Part shown: in pieces, positions 35,444-45,900 of the stretch
Layout of the letters: each line of letters opens with the position of its first letter
Position numbering within the stretch: the first letter of the stretch is position 1
Assembly: GCA_013115125.1 (NCBI GenBank)
Contig: JABANN010000239.1
Coordinates: forward strand, 1-48,383
Reading direction: 5' to 3'
Source: Perkinsus olseni
Taxonomy: Eukaryota
DNA: 48,383 nucleotides
The notes under the pieces: generated by a model
Database searches by the model: none
What the model saw: the letters and a program-made list of their open reading frames with translations, nothing else
What the model was told of the DNA's origin: nothing
Made by a program: the position numbers and the translations under genes

Positions 35444-37993
35444 ATGGCGCCGTCTCCGAAGAAGAGAGCTGCACCGAAAGGTCGAGTGATGGCTCAGAAG
35501 AAGAAAAAGGAGGCTCCGCAGATATCGCCAGAGGACACTGTCATCATACAGTTCGTCAGTGCTGATGGTAGGTTGAATGGAGACTCAACCGTCGAGGGAA
35601 GGGACAGGCGGTTATCGCTTCAGGAGTGGGCACTGGGTCGGAGCTCAGTCTCCCTCTGAACACTGATCGTGCGGAACTTCAGTCCCTCTTGAAGGAGCTG
35701 CTGCTGTCGGACATCGAACAGGTAGACGGACGACCGTCGTAGAGGAGGTTGTGAAGGGTGCAGTGTCAGGCTCCTAAGAACGAAGAGCTCAGAGACGAGA
35801 TTCAGGACACTGATTACTCTTTTGTCTTGAATGACAGTAGGTAGCGGCGAGGCAGGGCTAGCATTACGGTGGTACTTTGTAGGTACGCAGGAGGTGTCTT
35901 CGACACTGCATGCCGCTTGGACAGCACTTGAGGCTCAGCCTTCAGCTGAGCAGACGCTTCGGGTTCGGTAATATTGGCGATTGTCGTGAACGCTCGGTCT
36001 ACGAATTCGAAGTAGCAGAGTTCTGAGCATGCCTTGTTAAAATCGCGCTCCTTGTCGATGAGGAGAGACCATTGTCGGGCGTGAGCTGACCGGTGCGGTA
36101 GGCGAGACGATTCACTAACGGAAGCCACTTCTAGGAGCCTCGGAAATGGGACTGTCAACAGTGAGAGCAGCTCAACTGTGTTGCGGCATCCACGCTCGAT
36201 GACCCGGTGTGAAAAATCGTGATGCTATTGCTAGACGCACCGCGTTCTTTTCGAGCACGGTCTTCTGCTTGATACTCAGCAATCTCGTTATGGCAGGTAC
36301 CATCCGCTGGCCCGCTTCCGAGTGCGACCGGTGACGAGATGCACATCCTCTATGACGGGCCATACGGATTCTGTCCTGTGCGCTGCTTTCAGTCCTGATG
36401 GTAGCGGCGGGCGATGGCTTCGGTCGCTTGAGCAGCAGTGGTGAACTCAGGCTCGAAGTTGGCGACAGGGTCGGGCGACTGCACTGTGAGGTTGTGGGAT
36501 CTCTTCACTGAGACGCCCGCACACACCTGCAAGGTAGGGGCTATGTCCCGCAGACTAGCTCGGGTTGTGGTGATGATCTGTGTGGTAGGGCCATGCGTCC
36601 TGGGTGCTCCTCGTGGCTTGGTCTGGTGATGGCAAGAGACTGTTGTCTGCCGGCATGGACAAGACTGCTATTGTTTGGGACGGAGCTAAGGGGCAGAAGC
36701 TGGGCACTTTGAAGGGTACGCAGTACGGTTTGTGCATGCGTGCAGTAGCTTCATCATAGGTCACACTGGTCCTATCACCTGTGGTACTTGGCAGCCTTTC
36801 CATTTGCTCGCTGATGGCCAGCTAGTGCCCAACATCGCTACGGGGTCCAAGGATATGAGCATTCGCGTTTGGAGTGGTAGGCGGTCGTCCAGGTGGCTAG
36901 GCTTATTGGTGGAGCCTTTGATGGTTTATAGGTGCTAACCATACGGTTTTGTTCGTCCTCACTTCCCACACGGCACCTGTCACGTGCCTGCGGTGGACAG
37001 GAGAGGATTACATAATCTCCGGTAGTCGAGACCGTGTATTGAAGGTGAGTTGGTCGCCGGGTGGTACTCGAGGAAGTGGTCACGCGGTCATCGTCAGGCA
37101 TGGTCGACTAAGGACGGCCGAATGTTGAGAGAATTCAAGGGTCATGCGCACTGGGTTAATACAGTCTGTTGCAACACAGTAGGCGAAGGGGTTAGCGTCG
37201 TTGGTGGGCCTTTGACCTTTCATCTTCAGGATTACGTCACCCTCAAGACGGGGTGCTTCGGCGAGAAGGACCAGCCGGCCACGGCGGAGACGACTGTGGC
37301 GGAGCTTAAGGAGAGGGCCCTTCAAAGGTGAAGCCTGGCAAGGTCCTCGTCGTTTTGGCAGGATCTTGATTCAGGTATAATAAGATGATTCAGCGAACAG
37401 GAGGGGTGGGTGAGAGGATTCTATCCGGCAGTGACGACTTCACGATGTTCCTCTGGAGCATGGACAGTAAGTACACTAGGGGAGCTTTTTTACCTTGGCC
37501 TCGAGATTGAGCTTTTGATTCAGGCAAGAAACCTTTGTGTCGGCTGACCGGTCACCAGAAGCTGGTCAACAATGTACAGTTCAGCCCTGATGGTCGTATG
37601 ATTGCTAGCGCCAGCTTTGACAAATCTGTCCGTCTGTGGGATGGCGTGACCGGAAAGTGAGTACCAGCAGCGCCCTCGGAGCTCGACCATTGCCGCTATA
37701 TGCAGGTTCATATGCGCCCTTAGAGGCCACGTTGCTGATGTGTACATGGTATCTTGGTCGGCTGACAGTCGCATGCTCGTTTCAGGGTCCAAAGATTCCA
37801 CTGTGAAGGTAGGAGTGCGGGATCTCGTGATGAATCTTATTACAATGATCAGGTGTGGGACGCTGCTAAGCGTAAGCTGAAGGAGGATCTCCCAGGGCAT
37901 GCCGACGAGGTCTTCGCCGTGGACTGGAGTGGTGACGGCGCCCGAGTGGTCAGTGCTGGCCGCGATAAAGTTGTTAAAATATGGAAGCATTGA
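35444..37993 (+). CDS. NLE1: Notchless/Rsa4 WD40 ribosome assembly factor
   Basis: NLE domain [28 protein letters not shown], then [98 protein letters not shown] and KVVKIWKH*. Many short introns. Confidence 0.95.
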
Positions 37994-38389
37994 GAAGATA
38001 ATGCTGTCGCTGTTCCTCGTATTTTACCACAACGTACGTTTCCTCAGAACTGACTGTTGCTGAGTTCTTAATTCGTGGATGGAGTGGTATGAGAGTGTAT
38101 GCACGCATGCACATGCGCGCGCCTCTGCAACCGTTTCGCCCTTTAGCGACCATTCGCCATCCATAGTCGTCGTCTGTTGTCCGACTCCGCTATTTTACCC
38201 TGAGCAAGATCAACGGGTCGCCTCCACCACAGCGATTATCCCCGCTATGTTGTTTATTCTACTGCCGAGGCAGGGTTTTCCGTTAAGAAAAAATTTCGTG
38301 GCGCGCGGTCATTCGATAAGCGTTTCGTCGGAGCAGAGGGCAAGTGCTCACGCTTCCCGTGACAGAGAGTGAACTGTTATCATCAGTGA

Positions 38390-39360
38390 ATGCTGAGCAG
38401 ACTCTTCCAGCGAGGCCTACCCAAGTTAGGTGGAGGCCCTTCGATGATGGGCCTTGTCCAGGTAACCAGTGGCCTAGGCTAACGGCGGTGGATGCCCTTC
38501 TGGGCTCAGGCTCGCTTCAACAGCAGCAGCGCTAGCGTCCAAGCAGCCCCCTTCAGCACTACGACCAGCGAGCAGGATAAGCCTAAGAGAACTAGGCGCA
38601 AGAAGCAGCGTCGTGTGATGAAGGATGGTCCCCACAGTGAGGTCACGTATGGCTCCTGCACTCGAGTGAGGTTTCGGGTAGATACCGGCCTTCATCAGCT
38701 TTGTTCGCTCTCTCCTGAGCTCAGCAAGATCGTTGGTGCGTCCAAGGCGAGCCGTGTTGATATCAATAAGAAACTGTAACTCTGTGGGCTGTGACACTTT
38801 GACGCTCGAGACCTGTCAGGTGGGGATATATCAAGTCCCACAACCTGCAAGAGGAGAGTGACAAGAGAAATATTAAGCCGGATGCCGTTCTAGGCAAGCA
38901 TACCTACTCCTCGTCGATTCTCGATGGTATCTTACCGTCGATTCAGCCGACTTATTCCGATTCATTTTGACGGCATCCTCCTCGTTCTTAAGAATCATTC
39001 CGGTTTGTTGTGATGATATCCTTCTCAATTGGTGAGGTCGGCTCTTCCGGTTTGTTGTGATGATATCTTTCTCAATTAGTGAGGTCGGCTCTTCCGGTTT
39101 GTTGTGATGATATCTTTCTCAATTAGTGAGGTCGGCTCTTCTGGTTTGTTGTTATGGTATCTTTCTCAATTAGTGAGGTCGGCTCTTCCGGTTTGTTGTT
39201 ATGGTATCTTTCTCAATTAGTGAGGTCTGCTGTTCCGGTCTGTTGCGATGGTATCTTTCTCAACGCTTTAGGTCGAGTCATTCCGGTTCCAGTGGTGAAC
39301 ATGTGTACCATGCAGAAGTACGTCCAGAAGCACGTAACGAAGATCGAAGCGGCGGCATAG
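38390..39360 (+). CDS. Stand-alone SWIB/MDM2-domain protein with mitochondrial-type presequence
   Basis: MLSRLFQRGLPKLGGGPSMMGLVQ|ARFNSSS..; SWIB domain TGLHQLCSLSPELSKIVGASKASRVDINKKL|WGYIKSHNLQEESDKRNIKPDAVLG|RVIPVPVVNMCTMQKYVQKHV. The last intron (38894-39271) is GC-AG. Confidence 0.9.
38998..39263 (+). repeat. 47-nt minisatellite, ~5.6 copies, intronic
   Basis: Unit TTCCGGTTTGTTGTGATGATATCTTTCTCAATTAGTGAGGTCGGCTC starts at 38998, 39045, 39092, 39139, 39186 and 39233 (partial). Degenerate copies lie upstream. Confidence 0.95.
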
Positions 39361-39756
39361 AAGGGAGGCTCGCCCGTCACGCCCAACTAACGTCTCTACT
39401 AGATAGACTTATTTCATGCACTACTGCAGTATCAACTTTTAGCCACGGCAAATACCTGCTTGGGTTCACTGGGAGTTTTGCTGGTTGCTAGTTGTGCGAT
39501 CTTGCGCCGAAGCTAGCGCTCGCCCTGGTAATCGATTTATTTTTTGGGAGCATGCTGTCGTAGGGTGTAGCAGTCCCCTGATCCTCTGTGGGTTGATGAA
39601 TCGTGACTTGATGCCACAGGCGCTGCAGAGTTGAGAGGTCTGTAACGTCTCTAAGACCGATAACAGGGCTGGCGTGTTGAAGGGAGTGGATATGCTTTTC
39701 TTGTGATGAGAGGAGACATGAAAATTAGAGCTCAGTTTCTAGGCCTCATAGAGAGT

Positions 39757-41976
39757 ATGTCCAGCAGCGATAACAAAGCAACGGTAGAGAGCAAGGAGGA
39801 GCCTAAGTCTCAGGACTCAGAGCAGTTCGAGACTCCCGCTAGCAGTACTCCGGCTGAGCCGGTTGATGATGTGGTAGTATCATAACTACGCTACTTACAA
39901 GTTGGCAAGTTTGTGGTATAGGCCCATGAACAGGCCGAGATCAAAGATTTGCTCGACAAGATGCACATAGCGCCAGCGGCTCCCCCGAAAGCTGTAAGGT
40001 TGGGAGAGTCTGAGGGGAGGGAGGACGTTGCTGTCGTTATGTTAGCATAAGTTCTGGAATACGCAGCCGGTGCCGCAGCTAGGTCCCGTCCCCGAGGACG
40101 CCAGAGGTAGTAATTTTCTTTGAGGTTGGTGGGGCTCTTAAGCGGCCATTCAGGTCCTATTGACGAGCCCAAGAAGGTGTCCGATATTCCCAAGGAGCCC
40201 TACAACCTTCCAGCAGCCTTCGAGTGGTCTAATATCGATGTTAATGACCCGGAGCAGATCCAGGAGGTTTATACTCTTCTCAATGAGAATTATGTCGAGG
40301 ACGATGAGGCCATGTTTCGGTAGGAACACTACTAGTCTCGGTGAAGTTACGCAGGCTCTCTTTAGGTTCGACTACAGCCCTGAGTTCCTTCGGTGGGCCC
40401 TCACGCCTCCCCACTATGTGCCGGAGTGGCATTTCGGCGTGAGAGTGAAGTCAAACGGGAAGGTAGTGAATAAGGCAGATGACATCCGTGTAACGAAGGT
40501 GCCCTGCTTCAGTTGGTGGGCTTCATCACTGGCATTCCAGCGACTATGGACATCCGCGGAGATGAGCTGCGGACGGTTGAGATCAACTTCTTGTGTGTTC
40601 ATAAGAAGCTCAGGTGCTGCTGTCAGAGTCGCCGCTGTGTTGGGGACTTGGAATGGGTTTATCTCAGGTCTAAGCGTCTTGCTCCAGTGCTAATCAAGGA
40701 GGTCACACGAAGGGTTAACCTGACGGATCGGTGGCAGGTGGGTGTGCTTTTAGAGTTAGGCATGTGTTGGATGCTTCTGTTCCTCTCAGGCTGTTTATAC
40801 GTCGGGAGCTATCCTTCCTCGACCCATCACAACTGCACGATACCATCACAGGTGAGGATAAGGCTCGCTGTAAGTACACTATGGCGACTGCCAGGTCGTT
40901 GAACCCTAAGAAGCTCTGTGAGGTCGGCTTCACTCGCCTAGCCCCTCGAATGACCATGGCTAGGTGTATCAAGCTGTACAAGGTAGTAGAACTAGCTGCG
41001 TAATCGACCGTCGCGAGAGTAGTGGTGATAGGTAGCTGACCATCCCACCACCTCTGGCCTGAGACCGATGGAGATGAAGGACAGAAAGCAGGTTACTAAG
41101 TTACTGAATGAGTACTACTGAAGGGCTTCTGGTCGTACAGAGGAGATGGGCCGTTTCTACCAGGTACTTGTCTAAATTCAAAGCCCATCCGATTCTGTCC
41201 CAGCACGAGGTTGGTCATTGGCTGCTGCCTCGGGAGAATGTCATACAGACATACGTAAGCTACTGGGAGATGGTTGGGAAAGGGAATGGCTGCGAGCGTC
41301 CTGGTATCTTTTGAACGCGCTAGCATCAGGCTTCAACATGAGATACGGGGTTCTTCCGTCAGACCGGGTTCTGAATGTGTCTGTTTTTGTAGGTCCGCGA
41401 GGAGAATGGAAAAGTTACTGACTTTTTGTCATTCTATTCCCTCCCGAGCTCCGTCCTGGGCAATGACAAGCACAAGTAGGCCCCGCCTCCTCAGCTGCCC
41501 TCAAGGCTCGCAAATGTCGTGGTCTCCTTTTCAGAACTCTCTACGCAGCGTATTCCTATTACAACGTGGCCAACACTGTCAGTTTGAAGCAACTTATGTC
41601 TGATGCTCTCGTTTTGGTGAGTTTAGTACTCTGGGTTCGACTCTAGATCCGCGTGCGGAGACCGGGTTCCTCCCTCGTCGTATTGTTGGTGACTTTTAGG
41701 CGAAACAGGAAGGATATGATGTCTTCAACGCGTTGAACCTGATGGACAACAACGAGTTTTTAGAGGTAGTAAATAAGGCAATACCGTAGTGGGTAGTTGG
41801 GTGCTCTCAGGACTTGAAATTCGGCCGGGGTGATGGTGACCTTCAGTACTACTTGTACAACTGGAAGTGTCCCTTCATGGAGCCCCAGGACATGGGCCTG
41901 GTAATACCATCCTTCGCACACAGCTTCGCTCCGCCTTTTCCTTTGTTATTCTGTTTTTTGGTAGGTCCTACTGTAA
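39757..41976 (+). CDS. NMT: Glycylpeptide N-tetradecanoyltransferase (N-myristoyltransferase)
   Basis: [88 protein letters not shown] and [22 protein letters not shown]. Confidence 0.98.
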
Positions 41977-42180
41977 ACGGCGGCGGCGGTGAGTGAAGGT
42001 GGGTGACGTTATCGTCATTGTTACTGTTTGGTATTACCCCTTGATATGCCTTACCGGAATTGGTACAATAATAACAATACAACAGATAGTTTCCAGTTCT
42101 GATGAGTATTGTGTTGGCATATTTCTCATACCAACTTTTTCTCAACGTCAGTTTCTTTTCCAAAGCACATCCCTTGAATC

Positions 42181-42676
42181 ATGGGAGCAGTAGTATCTCG
42201 CATGTCCGACTTCTTGGAAGAGCATCCTAAGCTTAAGGTGGCCAAGAGCAGGTTGACCAAGGTAGTGCAACCTGATGACGCTGAAGGGCGTATCTTTTGT
42301 CATTCAGTTGACATCGAATGCCCGATGGTTGGGTGGCCATATAGTGTGGACAGCAGTAGTGTCGGCTATTGTGCTTGCTGTACCAGTCTTTTTCGAGTAA
42401 GTATTTAGAGGTATCTTAGGTTGACTCGGGCGAAATACATGATATTAGATACGAGCGAGAGTGCCAGTTCTTCGACCAGATGAATCAGCTGCAGCAGGCG
42501 CAGATGAACGTAAGTCCGCGCTACGCTTTGGGAGTCGGTCACTTCGGATTGAGCCGGCACCCAGCTTTGCTAGTATTTCAGTGCTGGGGTCCTTCACCAT
42601 AGGAAGGCGATTGTGTTTTATTTCTTTCACGTTTATGCTCCTATTTTGGTAGGCCGCTACTACCTCAAGCGCGTAA
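42181..42676 (+). CDS. TOM22: Mitochondrial import receptor Tom22 (short plant/apicomplexan type), 4 exons, ~84 aa
   Basis: MGAVVSRMSDFLEEHPKLKVAKSRLTK|LTSNARWLGGHIVWTAVVSAIVLAVPVFFE|YERECQFFDQMNQLQQAQMN|AATTSSA*. The W..(T/S)..(S)....P..FEYERE transmembrane signature and Gln-rich tail match Tom22; the acidic N-terminal domain is absent. Confidence 0.85.
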
Positions 42677-42901
42677 GGAGGTTCAATAACATAGAATGGA
42701 AGAAGATGATGATGATTCCGGCAGCATTTTTACCATATACTACTACTCTTACTGCCAGTATCGTTTCAGCAGCAACAGCGGCAGTTCCTTCATGCCTCGC
42801 GTTATTTTTATAGTCATAGGGCTGCCAGTTCGGATGATGGCTACCGACCGGACGGATGAAGATAATTTTGTTGTTTGACGGATCCATTGATTCCTTCGTA
42901 C

Positions 42902-45900
42902 ATGTCGCGCAGTAGGACCTTGGGGACGGCCTCCGCCTCTTCTTCGTCTGCTGCTGCGGGCTTCCGTCACTTCCGAGCAGGGGAACCGATAGATGAGCGG
43001 GAGGCTGCTCGTAATACCTGGGTGGATGGGAGAGGGAAAATACTCTCAATCGTTCTTCCTTCTCGATGTGCGCCGCTACCACTCGAGGAATACTAGGGAG
43101 TGCGACCATCTGTTAGGGGACTGGTCGTTCAACCTTTTGGACGGCACTTAGGGTCTCAGCTTAATGAGATGATCTCATCGGGTCCATCATTCTACCTTGT
43201 GAGCCCACCAATGAGCCTAATCGTAGCTTCCGCGGTAGTGGATGTCCATCAGAACCCTCCTCGCCATACAGACAACCGTTGTCGCCGCTTCTATCAGGCA
43301 CATGGGAATCATTGAAATCCGCCATACACCAAATACACAATCACAATGCAAGTCATTTATCATTTGAGGAGCTCTACCGGAATGGGTAGGAGATTGCAGG
43401 AGATCCTCCCCTCTCCTGTTGCCGTTGCCAAGGCCTGGGGCAGGGCCAGTTGAGTGTGCCTTTTTTCAGGTATAATCTGGTGCTGCATAAGTATGGTCTG
43501 AAGCTGTACCAGGGAGTGGAGGAGACTGTGACACTTCACCTCTTGGAAGTTTCGAAGCGCTGTATCGAGAGTAGTATTCGATTATTACGGGACCACACGC
43601 AGACTGTGCTGCATTACTCTTGCCACTGCTTGCGACTGAACTAGCACGCTGTCGAGTTGTGGTCAGTGCTTACTACATATGCGACTGACCACGCTGGTAG
43701 CATGACAAGGCCTCTGTTGCCGAAAGGGCGTATCTCGGTATAAGTATATTTTACATCCAAGTATATTTCGGAAGGCATTTCTCCACTTTTCCCTTGTGCT
43801 GGTGCTTACCAAATCGCTGTCGGCGTAAACGTATACCTACCCTGCGGGCTAAGTCCACTGGTGGTAGGTGCTGATGAGGATCTACTCAGCCGTCTCAAGG
43901 TGGAGTGGGAAGATCATAAGATGACAATGGGAATGATACGGGACATCCTAATGTACTGCTGCTGCCTGGCCGATCCTTCACCTTATCAGAATGCACAGTT
44001 CGGTCAAGCCGTAGAGATCGTAGCTTACCATGGGACTACTGGCATGTTATGCTCATTAGGTACATGGATCGTAACTACGTCAGGCAGCATCCTCAACAGT
44101 GTGTGCCGGTCTATGATATGGGGCTGAGGGTAAGAGGGCAAGGGAGAGCGTTAGGCTTCGGTAGCCTGCCCTGCATTCTTTCGTTTCCATCTAGTGCGCG
44201 GGAGATGGATTTCTATGGGAGCGACTGAATGTTCTTGCCAGCCTGGGAAGGGTACCGTTTTGCGACTGTAGTCTTCACAGGGATTTTGGATGAGGTCCCT
44301 AGGAGTGCCCGGCAGACTGTTTGCTATCGCAGGTGTTCCGGGACACAGTGATAGGGCATGCACGAGTAAGGGATAGAGCCATTGGGCAGGTACTGCTTTT
44401 AAGACCTCCCTGTAGTTTTGACTGGCAGTCTTAGATTCTACCAGAGCTCCGTCGCGAACTTCACGGCGAGACGGTAGCTGACCCTCAGCTTATAAAGACT
44501 GCTCTCTCTATGCTTGTGGAGCTATCTAGCATACAGACGCTACCTGCGGAGAGGGGCGTGCCTGAGACAGGTAGTAGATAATGCGGTTGCTGGGAATTGA
44601 ACCAGGGACCTCTCTAGGTTACCGAACTGGTCCGCCTTTGCCAGCTTCCTCGCCCTCCTCTTCGTCCATTTCTGATAGAAATACCAGCACTAGAAGTAGT
44701 CTGGGCAGCGTTGGAGAGCCCACCCGGCCGCCCAGCAGCAACGTCTACTATTCCTGGTTCGAGATCAACTACCTAGCGCTCATCCGGGACTTCTACACGC
44801 GTGAGGTGAGTCGAAAACCCTAGCGGAGCGAAGCTGATTGTCCCCTCTGCTCAGGCAAATGAGTATATAGATCGTCATACAGTAGGGGAGTACCTCGAGA
44901 AGGCCGACAGTAGGATGAGACAGGAAAAAAGAAGGGTGGAAACCTACATGGACCGGACACAGAGCATGTCTAAGGTAGGAAAGGAGCCGTGCATGCCCTA
45001 GGCGAGGTGCAGTTCACCTGCGCACTTTTATTCTGACCCTTGCTGAACAGCTGCGTTTACTCTTCCAGTATGGGCTGTACAGGAGCCCAGAGCCTCCTCA
45101 ACGGAGAAGCCTTTGCAGGTTCAAGAGGTTTTGGACTACGTTTGGATCGGCCGTCACTATAAGAGGCTCATCCAGCAGGAGAATAGCGGATGCAAGGCCA
45201 TGTTTGCACAGGCTAGGTGGGCCCTTAGCGATCAATGCCGGCAGGTCATGCTTGCACCTTTAGAGTCTCCGAACTTCGCTTGATGTACTCGCTCTTCTCT
45301 CGGATACCTGAGGCTCTCACCGACATAGCGACGGTCATGCAGGAGTGCATCAGCGCGGCGAGTAACGTAGCATTCTTCTGTTTCATCTGGAAATTGAGTT
45401 TCTTAGTCGCTGATCTTGTTGCTGATGAGACCACGGTCAACGCCCCTGTACGGTTTGTCGAGAAACTGCTCGCCCTTCGAGAGAGGTGAAGTGTCTTTTC
45501 GCTCGCTGACGGACTAGCCTGAGTCGTCAGGTTCGAGCGAGTTGTCTCTCAAGCCTTTGGAAGCTCGCTGGAGTTCTCCAACCAGATGAAGGTCGCGTTT
45601 GAGAAATCACTTAGCAATGACCCGAAGTGCGCTCACTACTTGAGCCTCTACTTGGACGAGCTGCTGCGGAAAAGGTAGGCCGTCAAACCCTTTAGATTTT
45701 TCTATCATCATCTACCCATGTAATCCAATGACACTCCCGGAGTGTCTTGATAGAATAGATAGGAAATGAATAGCGCCGGAGTTTCACGCCCTATTTATCC
45801 TCTAACCTTCTGGTATGCAGAGGTCCTCTGGTACCTGTATGATACTTAAAGTGTTATCCTAGTTTGCAAAGCGATGGCAGTGACATGTATAACATAGGAG

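Noticed and set aside
38998-39263. Possible CRISPR array or C/D snoRNA cluster (units contain GTGATGA)
   Set aside because: There are no unique spacers, the context is a eukaryotic intron, there is no CTGA D box, and the C-box word decays in later units.
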